Of a DNA stretch of 64,000 nucleotides, positions 1 through 12,840 are shown in pieces. Each line of letters starts with the position of its first letter. The stretch's first letter is position 1. Both the position numbers and the translations under genes were made by a program. This DNA is from Octopus vulgaris. Lineage: Eukaryota. The notes beneath the pieces were generated by a model. The model made no database searches, was not told the DNA's origin, and saw only the letters and a program-made list of their open reading frames with translations. The stretch is from the NCBI GenBank assembly GCA_951406725.2, contig OX597814.1:140058001-140122000 (forward strand), in the 5' to 3' direction.

Positions 1-1561
1 CTCCTGCCAATTGGCTCAACTTGAAGAATCTATTTAGTGATAGTTCCCTACAGCATTCTAATCCCTTATAAAATTACTCATAATATCTTTGCCAAGTATT
101 TGTGTGCAAATTATTGAGTTCTTTTTCCTTAAACATATTCTTTTATATTCTTACCTGTATCTATAGTGATGTGGTGATGCTCATCAATCTTCCAATCAAA
201 CCAAGTAAATTACACTTAGTTGGTTTTTCCAAATTACTAATTTTATCTGTTGATCACAACTCCTGACAGAAGTGTCACTGATTACCGGTGACAGTATGGG
301 ATTTGAACTCAAAATTCGCAAAGCTGGATGGATCAGAGGCCAGAAGTCACTCTTTGTGGTACTCTAACAGTTCTGTTCTGCCAATCCACTATCCTGGATT
401 GGTAATTTGTTTATTGACTCCCAAAAGTATGAAATGCAAAGTTAACCTGAGGATTTGATCTCAGAACACAGAAATTCAGAATAAATACCTCAGTCTAACA
501 ACTCTGCCTATTTGCCATCTGTTCATCCAATAATCAGCAAATCTTGGTGGTTTTTTTTTCTTTACAGCCATGAGGTTATAATTCCTCACGATTATGGTCA
601 GTTTGGATTCCTGGCATAACCTGAGCTCTTTTCCATTGCAGTTTACTATTGTGTTCTGTTCTGTGCTTTCTCTTTCTTTTGCTTCCATGTCATCCGTATC
701 ATCTTCAATTTCTTTTCTTCTGCTTCTATTCCCCCTACTCTCTGCATTCCAATCCAATCCAATCAATGCCAAGGGTTGGCAACAGCAAGGACATCCAGCT
801 GTAGAAAATCCACCTCAACAAATCACATGTGAGCATGATAAATTGGACGTTAAAATGATAAAACGATAATGATGATTTTTACTAATTTTCGCATGTTTAT
901 CATGAAAAATCTTTATGTACATCATATCTGCAAGATGGCATAACTAGAACTACTCGTCTTGTTTAGCAGATATGTGTATGAATATTGTTCTATTTTAGCA
1001 TATCAGAGTAGAAGTTTGTATATCACATATTCTAACATATCAACTAAATTTAATTATTTAAACTAATTTAGGGTTGAACTGGTTTCCTCAGTTGTTCAGA
1101 TTCAAAGTCTAATTTAATAAACTCTATTAACTATTTTGAGGGACATAATTGAAAATAATTTGAATTCTTTTTTTTTAATCCTCATTAATTTTCATTATTT
1201 TTCTTTTCCTTTTAATTTTTTTCAATCTTATATAGTTTAGAGATGTAAAATTCATACTTCAATAGTTTTAAATTACATTGAAATCCCATCAGATTATAAT
1301 GGAACTGCAGATAACAAAAACCATTCTGAATGCCCCGTCGCAACTGTACATCCATCTACCTGATGCTAGAACAGCCAGGAATCAAATATGGCATTGGCTT
1401 AATTGCTTTTGCTTCCTAACACTGTCAGCAACACTGGGATGAAACAGTCCATGTGATTATTTCTGAAGGTGTAAAAATGTCAAATCTCATAGCCAAGAGA
1501 CTTCTGTAAAACTGCAATTAAATAGTGATATTTATATTACTTTCTCTTGTTCCATTTTTTA

Positions 1562-1607
<46 letters not shown>

Positions 1608-2307
1608 TATATATATATGTATATATGTTATATATGATATATATGTATATGGATATTTGTTTTATTCTCTCTTTCAAAAGAAACATATTTCTTCAGAATA
1701 TCCAAGTTTCCCTCTTTTTTTTTCCTGATATTTTTTTTTATTTCTTTGTTTAGATTAGATGATAAGATATCGTATCATTATTGGCTATATCACTCATGTT
1801 AAAAATACAAAAATAAATAGAAAGTGCTGATGTCTTTCGTTTCTTAAATTAGATATCACAGTATTCCATTAAAGAGGATTTCTAGTTAAATGTTTGTAGT
1901 TGTTATTGATTTTGGCTAACATTCCTGATAGATACAATACATGCTTGCCAAAACTTAGCATCTAGATTAGCATAATAAAAAAATATCTTTTTTTTTTTTC
2001 AATAGATGCTAATTATTGAGTTTTATATCAGTGAAGTATGTTTAATATCCTATGTATTTGAGTTAATTGCCACTTCTGTTGATCAAATAAAAAAAAATCC
2101 CTCTCTTCCTCTTTTATTCTTTTACTGGTATCAGTCATTGTACTGAACTCATGCTGGGCCAACACCTTCAAAGGTTCGGTTGATCTTATCAAATCCAGCA
2201 TTTATTCCAATGTAATGGTTATTTTATCAATCTTTGTGTGTTGAGCCACTGAGTGACAAATCGTAAAAGGATACAACTTAAGCATTACACTGGTTTTTAG
2301 ACCTATC

Positions 2308-2465
2308 ATCATTATCATCATCATCGTTTAGCGTCCACTTTCCATGCTGGCATGGGTTGGACGGTGCAACTGGGGGTCTGGGAAGCCAGAAGGCTGCACC
2401 AGGCCCAGTCTGATCTGGCAATGTTTCTACAGCTGGATGCCCTTCCTAATGCCAACCACTCCATG
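2308..2465 (-). mobile_element. SINE-like family C copy with (GAT)n tail (representative)
   Basis: Reverse complement of GTGGTTGGCATTAGGAAGGGCATCCAGCTGTAGAAAC...CCAACCCATGCCAGCATGGAAAGTGGACGCTAAACGATGATGAT. Similar copies near 3525-3725, 3855-4010, 6625-6786, 16455-16660, 20416-20640, 22490-22700, 35055-35265, 37043-37231. Confidence 0.85.
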
Positions 2466-2659
2466 AGATAAAATATACAGATACACACACAACAGGCTTC
2501 TGCAAATTTTACTAAATTCCACTTATAAAATATTGGTCGATCTGAGGTTATAGTAGATGATATTTTACTAAATGTATCACACAGTCGGATCAAATCCAAA
2601 GCCACATAATTACTTAGAAATTTTCTTAAATACATGGCCATTGCTGAATTTTTCATTAT

Positions 2660-3265
2660 CATCATATCTTTTATGTTTTACTTGTTTCAGTCATTGGACT
2701 GCAGCCATGCTGGGGCATCACTGTGAAGGGTTTTGTTGAGCAAATCAACTCCATTACCTTTTTTTTTTCAAAGTTTGGCACTTATTTTATTGATTTGTTA
2801 TGCTAAACCCCTGTGTTATAGATATGTAAACAAACCAACACTGGTTTTCAAGTAGTGAGAGGAAACACAAAGTCACGCACGCACACACACAGTTGGCTTC
2901 CAGTTTCTACCTGCCAAATTCACTTACAAGGTATTGGTCAGCCCAGAGCTATAGTGGAAGACACAAGGCAGCGAGCTGACAGAAATGTTAGCATGCCAGG
3001 CAAAATGCTTAGTGGTATTTCGTCTGTCTTTACGTTCTGAGTTCAAATTCCACCAAGGTCGACTTTGCCGTTCATCCTTTCAGAGTCAATAAATTAAGTA
3101 CTAGTTACGTAGTGGGGTCGATCTAATTGACTGGCTCCCTCCCCTAAAATTTGAGTAAAAAAGAATATAGTAGAAGACATTTGTCCAAGATTCCATGCAG
3201 TGGAACTGAACCATGAAAGCATAGTTGCAAAGTGAGGTTCTTAACCACATAGCCTTACCTGCCCT
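2660..3265 (-). mobile_element. SINE family B copy interrupted by a family A insertion
   Basis: Matches the family B copy at 15815-16262; split at 2965-3165 by another SINE with TSD TATAGT(G/A)GAAGACA. Confidence 0.8.
2965..3165 (+). mobile_element. tRNA-related SINE family A, nested
   Basis: Head GGCAGCGAGCTGACAGAA, B-box-like GAGTTCAAATTCC, 14-bp TSD (one mismatch) at 2950-2963 and 3166-3179. Other copies near 4175-4333(-), 5588-5770, 15397-15600, 29265-29468, 32825-33040(-), 33460-33650(-). Confidence 0.85.
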
Positions 3266-6127
3266 TTTTCTTTTGTTTGTTTTGATGAGGTGTGTTCTCC
3301 ATTTGTTGATAAGTTTCAGCTTTTAAGAGCAACATTCATCACTTCTTCCCATGTGCATCACACATCCATACCACCTTAGTCTTTTATCTTGCACATTGTA
3401 TCTCATTCCTCTTATTTTCAGATTTGACATGCATGCACACTAACATTGCCCATCAAGAGAAGTATGCTTGTCTGTTTTCTTTTTAACCTTTACCAACCCT
3501 CCATTTGCATGGTGCCACATCCTGCTGGTGCTCCATTAAAAATATTTGTGCTGGTGCCACATAAAAGGCACCCGGTATACTCTGTGGAGTGGTTGGTGTT
3601 AGAAAGGGCATCCTGCTATAGAAACCATGCTAGAACAGACAATGGAGCCTAGTGCAGCCCTTGGCCTTACCAGCTCATGTCAAACCATTCAACCAGTATG
3701 GAAAACAGATGTTAAATGATGATGAAGAGGATGATATATATGTATATATATGACTGCTTATATACATTTGTAGATTTTGAAATTAATAAATAACACTTAG
3801 AGCTGGAATCATCAACATTCAAATATATATATGCATAATAAATATACATATACAAGTGGTTGGCGTTAGGAAGGGCATCCAGCCGTAGAAACACTGCCAG
3901 ATCTGACTGGGCCTGATGAAGCCTTCCAGCATCACAGACCCCAGTTGAACCGTCCAACCCATGCTAGCATGGAGAACGGACGCTAAATGATGATGATGAT
4001 GATGATGATGAAGTCAGAGCATTACTTCACATTATAGGTGATGTGACTTTATTGCCTACACTTTTCAAGCACAGAACAATATTATTAAATCTTCTTTATT
4101 TACTTACTCAAGTATCAGAATTTAGTATTATTCTTGATGTTGTCATTGTGACTGTGGCTAACAGCTAAATTTTGGGAGAGGGCGCCAGTCAATTAGATCG
4201 ACCCCAATACGTAACTGGTACTTAATTTAGTGACTCCGAAAGGATGAAAAGCAAAGTCAACCTCAGCGGAATTTGAACTCAGAACATAAAGACAGACAAA
4301 ATACCACTAAGCATTTTGCCTGGTATGCTAACAATATCATAGGCAAGGCATGGCTGTGTGATTAAGAAGCTTGTTTCTCCAACACATGGTTCACAACTCA
4401 GTCCCACTGTGTCACACCTTGGGTAATATTTTCTACTATAGCCCCAGGTCAGCCAAAGCCTAGTGAGTAGCTTTACTAGACAGAAACTCAATGAAGCCCA
4501 TTGTGTACACATATCTCTGTATCAACCAGACTATTGGATGTTGTTATACAACACTAGTTACAATGCCCTTCCTTGCACTGTTGTAGCTTTTGAATGATGA
4601 AAGCTGAGCAGGCCAACATTCCTCCCAAATGAAGCACCAGTCCATCACATGTTTACCCGTATACATTTGAGTGGATTGAAGCAACCTGAAATGAAGTGTT
4701 TTGCTCATGGACACAATGCACTGCTTGTCTGGAAATCAAATCTACATTTTTGTGGTCATTAGTGCAACACCCTATCCACTACACTGCATCTTCATGCATA
4801 TCGTATGTGTGTGTGTTTTTGTCTTGCCTTTGCGTAATAGTTGTAAATGAGTGTCGCTCACTGTCATGCAGCAGTGTCCTTAAGTTATTATTTAAATAAA
4901 AGACAAAGAGTAAGACAATTTATACATACATCTGTTATACCCCACCTGTTTGTCTTAAGTATCCATATAGAATTTTTCAGTCATCCCCTAGTGTAAGGTA
5001 CAGCCCATGTTGAGAAACGCTACTTTAAACTGTAAATTTTTTCATTAACATATTACTAATCAATTACACAACTTATATATTTCATTTACCTTTGAAAATT
5101 TTAAGAATTTGGGGGATTCAAAAAATACCTTATTTTGTTTCAATATTAAACTGCTATTTTAAGTAAAAAAGAAAAAAAACTAACGAAACCTTCTTGCATA
5201 AAATTATGAAGAAAGATTTTAATTTGAATATGAGCATTTTGTAACAACAGAACCATAAATATTGTATATTTTCGACCTCTGCATTTAAATATTGAGAAAA
5301 TTTGAAAATTTGAAAAATAACTTTTACAGAAATTATGTAAATTAGTACAGTATTTTACAAAAATTAAAACATACATTTTCCAAGAAAGTACACCAAAAAG
5401 TGTAAGAGAAGAATTATATTTTAGGTATTGTACTTTTATGATGCTCCACTTTACCATCTTCTGGATGGCACAGATCCAACAATTCTGAATGAATCAGCAT
5501 TCTTGCATGAACTGAAGATTGTCTGCATCTTTTTTAGAGCAATTTATCCAAAAATATTGCAAATTCATATAATTACCTGTATTTTAAAGGCAGCGAGCTT
5601 GTAGAATTATTAATGAGTTGGGCAAAATGTTTAGCAGCATTTCTTCTGATTCTTTATGTTCTGGGTTCAAATAGCACTGAGGTTGACCTTGCCTTTCATC
5701 CTTTTGGGGTCGACTTAATCGACTTACACTGTCCCTTAAAATTGCTAGCCTTGTGCCAAAATTTGAAACCATTATATATATTCCAGGTGTTAATAAATCT
5801 AGACAAGAATTTGTGTGCGTGTGTGTGTGTTTGTACATGCTTACACATTGTTATTGCTATTGTTATGATTATGCATAGCAAACGTTTCAATGTTCTTTTA
5901 AGTTATATTTTTAAATAGGGGACAAAGACTGGAAAAAAACATGTACAGAGGTTTCTATTTCCCTCTTCTACAAGGCACAGTTAAAGAGGACAAAGGTCAA
6001 GTGTACTGGAATAATTGGGCTATGGTTGCTTTGATTTTCCATATACATGTGTTAATACATATACATAACCCATTGTTTACACATACATACATACATATAT
6101 ATATATATATGTGTGTGTGTGTGTATG

Positions 6128-6163
<36 letters not shown>

Positions 6164-6261
6164 ATATACTGTTGTGTCTGGAGAGAGTCATTTTCTTTTT
6201 GTGCCTTATAATGTGACACACTCACCAGTAAAATTTCCACTTATTTCTTATTTTTATTTTC

Positions 6262-6298
6262 CTAAAATTTTCGTTGCATCTTGCAACCTTTTCAATAG
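6262..6298 (-). ncRNA. Minimal hammerhead-ribozyme-like motif, U3:A8 variant, in probable Penelope-like remnant (6170-6345)
   Basis: Minus strand reads CTA-TTGAAAA-G-GTTGCA-AGA-TGCAAC-GAAA-ATTT-TAG: 3-bp stem I, perfect 6-bp stem II, palindromic AATT stem III. Confidence 0.55.
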
Positions 6299-6365
6299 TC
6301 TTGACTCATAAAGAATCTTGTAAACCAAATCCAAAAACGAAATATATACATATATGCATGTATAT

Positions 6366-6396
<31 letters not shown>

Positions 6397-6800
6397 CATA
6401 CATACATGTATATATACATACACACACATATTTACACACACACATACATAAATACATGCATACACGTGCACACACACACACACATATATACATACTATAG
6501 CCTGATGCCCTTCCTAACGCCAACAATTCCAATAGTGTAATGGCTGTTTTTTATGTGCCATTTACATGACTCTGGCAGTGGTCATGACTACAAGTTACAT
6601 GGCACTCATGAAATCATAGTTATGGCCATAAAAACACTCATTACACTCTCAGTGGGATTGGCATTAAGAAGGGCATCCAGCCATAGAAACCATGCCAAAT
6701 CAGACTGGAACCTGGTGCAGCTCTCCATTTTACCAGTTCCAGACAAACCATTTAACCCATGCTAACATGGAAAGCGGATGATGATGCATGCGCATGCACG

Positions 6801-6832
<32 letters not shown>

Positions 6833-6875
6833 CATACACATATATGTATATGTTTGTGTGTATGGATATTTATTT

Positions 6876-6963
6876 GTGCAGCTGAAGATGGCACTGCATT
6901 TAAATTGATGTAATGATTGCATTGTTCAATTAAATGGAGCTGCTTGAAACGGCCGTACTGCAT
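6876..6963 (+). ncRNA. Type I minimal hammerhead ribozyme motif (Penelope-associated type)
   Basis: GTGCAG-CTGAAGA-[long stem II: GGCA..CATTTAAATTGA..TCAATTAAATG..TGCT]-T-GAAA-CGGCCG-TA-CTGCAT. Stem I GTGCAG/CTGCAT, intact core, palindromic stem III, GUA cleavage triplet. Confidence 0.75.
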
Positions 6964-7312
6964 CACTATTGATATCCTGTTGCTTATTTTGATTATATAT
7001 ATATAAATTTTTGAATAGTTTCAGTCATTGGACTATGATCATGCTGAAGCACTACTTATAAGAATTTAATCGACTGTATCAATCTTAGTACTTATTTTAT
7101 CAATATCTGTCTAATTGCTAAGTTACAAAATATAAACAAACATAAACACACATGCATATACACACTGGACTTTTATGCACTTTCTCCACTGCCAACTTCC
7201 ACTCCCAACATATTTGTTGGACCCAAACTATGACAGAAGATACTTTCCTGCTGAGGAGTCATCATACAGTGGAACTACATGGTTGTGAAACAAGACAAAC
7301 ACTTTAACCAAA

Positions 7313-7490
7313 GGTGGCGAGCTGGCAGAAACGTTAGCACGCCGGGCGAAATGCTTAGTGCCACTACATTCTGAGTTCAAATCCCACCGAGGGCGACTTT
7401 GCCTTTCATCCTTTCAGGGTCGATAAATTAAATACCAATTGCGTACTAGGGTCGATCTAATTGACTGCCCACCTCCCCAAAAATTTTCAA
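7313..7490 (+). mobile_element. SINE family A copy
   Basis: GGTGGCGAGCTGGCAGAAACGTTAGCACGCCGGGCGAAATGC...GAGTTCAAATCCC...; retains many CpGs, so relatively young. Confidence 0.85.
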
Positions 7491-7618
7491 CTAGAGAGAA
7501 AAAAAACCCAACTAAACTCCACCTAATCTGCTATTACCTAAAATTCCTTCTTCTCCTAGGTATTTTCTCTACAGGTATCAACTTGCAGATGATTTAAAAT
7601 TAACATAAACTACTTTTA

Positions 7619-7825
7619 CCCTTTGGCATTCAAACTGGCCATTTTCAGCCTAAATATTCTACATGTTTTATATTCAAACCAGCCAGATCTAGAATTTCAC
7701 ACTTACTCTACAATGTCAATCACATCATGAAAATCTCAAAAGCTTAAAGATAATGCATGATTAATTCAAAATAATGTGAATAAATAAGCATTAATATTTG
7801 ACAGAATAATCTAAATGCTAAAGGC
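7619..7825. mobile_element. piggyBac-type MITE
   Basis: Ends CCCTTTGGCATT / AATGCTAAAGGC flanked by TTTA / TTAA; related copies at 24440-24642 and 36453-36630. Confidence 0.65.
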
Positions 7826-8587
7826 TTAAGGCTTAGAGATCATGTAAGTTTGATGGACAATGTCTTGTTTTTCTTTGTTTTTTTTTTCTTTTTGTACTTA
7901 TAAAATTCAAAAGAATATTGGTATTGGCTCTAATACTAACTCTTGGTAATTATTGATTTCTACCATATCTTCAAGGCTTCTTTTGCTTTATACAACTGAA
8001 CAAAACTTGAGGAAGACAAATATACTTTTAACTTAGTGATTATTGTCTTATCTTTTATGTTTGGTATACTTTTTTTGTTGATTGATTACTTGTCAATCAT
8101 TGATTTTTATTAATTTTTTTTTTTTTTTGGTATCTTCTTTTCATTCATAAACATCAACTACATGGCTTCAAAACAAAAAAAAAACAAAAAAAATTAAGTA
8201 AATCAGCATAAAGCAACTGACAAAACTGTCTGTTCTAAATGTCTCTCCTTTTATCTCTCCCACCCTTCTGTCCTTGTAGCATATTTATAAATGTCTATAT
8301 TCTGGACAGTATTATGTATCTTTCTATATGCATAAATATTATTTACATTTCCGTATTTTATATATATATTTTTTCTTTTATTCTTTTACTTGTTTCAGTC
8401 ATTTTTGACTGTGGCCATGCAGGAGCACTGCCTTTTAGTCAAAGAAATCGCGCCCTGAACTTATTCTTTGTAAGCCTGGTACTTATTTGATCAGTCTCTT
8501 TTGCTAAACCACTAAGTTATGGGGATGTAAACACACCGCCAATATCAATTGTCAAGCAATGATGGAGGGACAAACACAGACACAAAC

Positions 8588-8629
<42 letters not shown>

Positions 8630-8835
8630 CAGGCTTCTTTCAGTTTTGGTCTACCAAATCAACTCATGTATATCATATATATGTATGTGGTGAAGCAATT
8701 TTGCTAAACCCTAATTGTAATTATGTTTATAATTATAATAATTTTTGTATAAATTTACTGATTATGGTTCTTTTAACATACCGGACTACTTGGTAAGATT
8801 ATTAATTATAAATTGATTAATTAATTTTACCCTTT

Positions 8836-8883
<48 letters not shown>

Positions 8884-9232
8884 GTAAAAAACGGTAAGAT
8901 AACAAAAGAAAGAAAGAGACCTCAATATTATGTAAATAGAGGAAATATACATATACACTCATGCACACACACATGCATACAAGTTTTTTTCAGTTTCAAT
9001 TAAGCACATCCACTCCTGCAACTTTAGTAGAAGGTTCTTATCCCATGTGTTGCATGGTAAGACAGAATTCTAAACTACAGGTTGCAAAATAAACATCTTA
9101 ACCACACATCTATCCCTGCACCTATCATCATCATTATGATTTTCATTGTTGTTTTAACATCTATTACTCTATGCTTGCAGGGATCAGACAAAATTATACT
9201 CAGACACACGCACACACACACTCATGACCATA

Positions 9233-9275
9233 CAAGAGGGTGCTGAAAAGCCAGGAACTTTTCAGCACACCATCA
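9233..9275. mobile_element. Collapsed mariner-type MITE (two terminal inverted repeats only)
   Basis: TA-CAAGAGGGTGCTGAAAAG joined directly to CCAGGAACTTTTCAGCACACCATCA-TA; same termini as 52886-53098. Confidence 0.6.
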
Positions 9276-10182
9276 TATATACACAGAAAAGTTTTGACCA
9301 TAATAAACCATACTGTAAGAAGGTATTAGATATGGAAGTATTTTGTATGAGTTTCCTTTTTCCCTAATCCAGTCTAACTACTATTGATACTACCACATAA
9401 TAGTCCATTACAAGCTCAGGGTACCATTTTTGTCTTTAATTTTTTCCCATTATATCTGTACTTTTTCTTGCTTACATCAGTCAGTGCCTTTAATAGCCCT
9501 TCACTTTCACAATCCATTTGTACTACTCAGCCTTTCTAAGAAGCTATTATTACACATTTAAAAGACCATATTTAACTCATTCTTCAATCTTAAGTAATTC
9601 TCTTTAATTATTTCTCTGAAATTCACTACCATATTTTGTTTTTCTTATTTTATGCATACACATACATCATACAGTGTCTTGTATATTCAGAAAGGGAGAT
9701 AGGGACAGAAAGAAAGAAAATCACTTTGTAGGCAACAGGGTTATCATTTCTCAAAATTTCTTCCATTTCCCTCAAAGCCAATTCCATCTTCAGTTCTGTC
9801 CACTTTAATTCAATTTATTACTATTCTATGAATTGAATTATATCACTTAGGAGCAAAACTTATCTTCTATTTCCAATAATTTGTCTTCAATGCATGATTA
9901 CTCAAGCTGTTTGCTACTCTTCTTCTCCTAGTGCTACCACAATTTTGGCAAACTATCAATCTGCCATGCATGACCCATGAACCATGCATGTGTGTATACT
10001 TTGAATAATATTGTTTATACAGTATAAGATCACTTTAAGGTAACTAGATTTATGTGACCTCTTCTACTGAATAATCAGCTTCTGATATAAAGCACATGGC
10101 CTAGTGTTTAGGATTTGGGGTTCATGATCATGAAGTAGTGGGTTCAATCCTTGGACTAGTTGGTACATTGTGTTATTTCATA

Positions 10183-10328
10183 TAGTCGAGACCAAAGGTT
10201 TGAAACATATACCTGAAAATTAGAATTATATTAAATGCCCAAATATATATGTTGCATGTATTTGAATCAAATTGGGCATAACAATTTTGATATTTTTTAA
10301 AAATGTTCTAAACTTTTGGCCACAACTG
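10183..10328. mobile_element. Tc1-type MITE
   Basis: Inverted termini TAGTCGAGACCAAAGGTTTGAAACA / TGTTCTAAACTTTTGGCCACAACTG with TA on the left and CA(TA) on the right. Confidence 0.6.
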
Positions 10329-10361
10329 CATATGTGTAAGTATTCACATATGCATGTTAAT

Positions 10362-10611
10362 TAGAGAAATTAAATATCTTTATTTCTACCAGAGTAATTC
10401 TCTAGACAGAAAAGAAATGTAAAGCTGTACAGAGTTATATACAAAGCATCAATATTACACATGCATTCAGTTAGGTTTCAGTAGTTGAGATGTCATGTTC
10501 AATATCAGTTAGCAGCTTTTGCTAAGAAGCAAAATGCAATCAAGTGAATAGCAGACCATCATTGATCTATATTTACAGTACACTATGAAGCTTGTAACAC
10601 ATGTTTCAGTC
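10362..10611 (-). repeat. Left copy of 250-bp inverted duplication
   Basis: Reverse complement of 14822-15071 with 4 transitions by manual alignment. Confidence 0.95.
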
Positions 10612-11054
10612 GATGAATTTTTGAATTTCCAATCAGCGCTTTCACCCATTAACCCAAATAGAACATCATGGGTGTGACAACTGGAAGGAGAGAGAACATA
10701 TATTTTAAATGATTGAAAAGTAGTAAGCTTTAATATATAATTCAATAATAAGGAAGATAAATTCATGCTTATCCACACTTTCCTAACTTATTTTATTTTG
10801 AGGGAGGTTTAAAATATTCACAGGAAATTGTAGTTATTCCAGTCTTTGGGAATAATAGGAGGAAGAGATGTTCACCTTGTTGGATTTTTGAATTTCTGAA
10901 TTTTCTTTGCTTTTTCTTTTAGAATTTTCTTTTTTTTTTTTTAAAGTTTTGCTGTGGTTTACAGTTTTTGTAGTTGTGAATTATGTATATATTGGCAGGT
11001 GCTAACTTCCTAAATTTTTTGTCATGCATTTAATTGTGTTGTTACAATAAAAGG

Positions 11055-11155
<101 letters not shown>

Positions 11156-12194
11156 GAAATGGATTAGCAGAATCTTTAAAGCTTTGGGAAAAATGACCTA
11201 ATGTATTAGTTTAAAATTCTTTACATTCTGAATTGAAATCTCACTGACATCAACTTCGCCTTTCACCACTTCAGAGTCGGTAAAGTAAAATACCAGTCAA
11301 GTACTGTATGTGATGGTATCAACTAACCCTCTTCCCTCAGAAATTACTGATATTGTGCCTAAATCAGAAACAATCATTTTTATTACTGAGTGAGATGCTA
11401 TTTTTGCCTCCCATTTAATATTTTCACTAACTGTGGTTAAAAAAAAAAAAAAAGAGCTACCTCAACCAGTCAGTTCACATGAATGAAATTTTTGGAAACA
11501 TGGTCCTATTAGCCATCAATGGGGCTTTGTAAAGGTGTCCTGTTAAGAATCAAGGCTAATTTTGGAATTGAGTTTTGATTTTGCTGCTGATAAATTTCCT
11601 TATTTTACATTTATTTATCCATGAAAAATGTATTTTGAGTTTCTAAAAAAGAAAAATATGTTATCACAAAAGAAAATCAAATTATATTTTCTTTATTTAA
11701 CGAATATGGACAATTCTGAAAATTGCATTTATGGAATGTAATTTTTTTTTCAGTTGAGGGAATTCTGATTGGGAATAATGAAAATTTTAAAAAATAATAA
11801 TAAATGATTGAATGAAAATAAAAATTTAAAGTAAATATCAATAATATTGAAGTAAAGTTTGGTGGAAACACAACTCATTCATTATGACAGAATAAAAATA
11901 ATGTAATTGATTTTATAAAACCTCTTAAACCATAAAAATCCAAAATATATTATTCTTGAATATTTAAAAAATATTTTAATAGGTTTCCAGGACTACAATA
12001 TTTTAATGTGTCCTTCCTTTTTTATACCTTTTCAAAACTAATTTAAGAGAAATTTGGCTGGTATTTCTACCAGGTTGAGTGACAAAGCATAGGCTATCCC
12101 ATTGGCTCATCACACTTTTTATAGTCCTATTGGAATGCGAGTTATACAACCACGCTGGCAACCTGATATGTAATATTTATTCATTCTTTTTTTT

Positions 12195-12840
12195 TTCTTT
12201 TTATTCTTTTACTTGTTTCAATCATTTGACTGCGGCCATGCTGGAGCACTGCCTTGAAGGATTTTAGTTGAACAACGTGACCTCAGCGCTTATCTTTTAA
12301 GCCTAGTACTTATTCTGTTGGTCTCTTTTGCTAAACTGCTAAGTTATGGATGTAAACACACCAACACCAGTTGTTAAGTGGTGATGGAGGGACAAACACA
12401 AACCCCCAAGACACACACACGTGTGTATGTGTGTGTTTGTATATGATGGGTTCCTTTCAATTTCTTATTTCTTTATTGCCCACAAGGGGCTAAACATAGA
12501 AGGGACAAACAAGGACAGACAAAGAGATTAAGTCGATTACATCGACCCCAGTGCGTAACAAGTACTTAATTTATCAACCCCAAAAGGATGAAAGGCAAAG
12601 TCGACCTCAGCGGAATTTGAACTCAGAACGTAAAAACAGACGAAATACTGCTAAGCATTTCTCCCAGCATGCTAACGATTCTGCCAGCTCGCCACCTTTC
12701 AGTTTTTGTCTACCAAATCCACTCACAAAGCTTTGGTTGGCCCAAGGCTATAATAGAAGACACTTGCCCAAGGTGCCCTGCAGTAGGACTGAACATGGAA
12801 CCATGTGGTGAGGAAGCAAGCTTATTACCACAAAGCTATG
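12195..12840 (-). mobile_element. SINE family B copy with nested family A copy (12464-12694)
   Basis: Family B body interrupted; TSD CCTTTCA(A/G)TTT at 12453-12463 and 12695-12705. Confidence 0.8.

Noticed and set aside
5425-5520. Protein-like frame VLYFYDAPLYHLLDGTDPTILNESAFLHELKI after TTTTAG
   Set aside because: No convincing donor and no recognisable homology.
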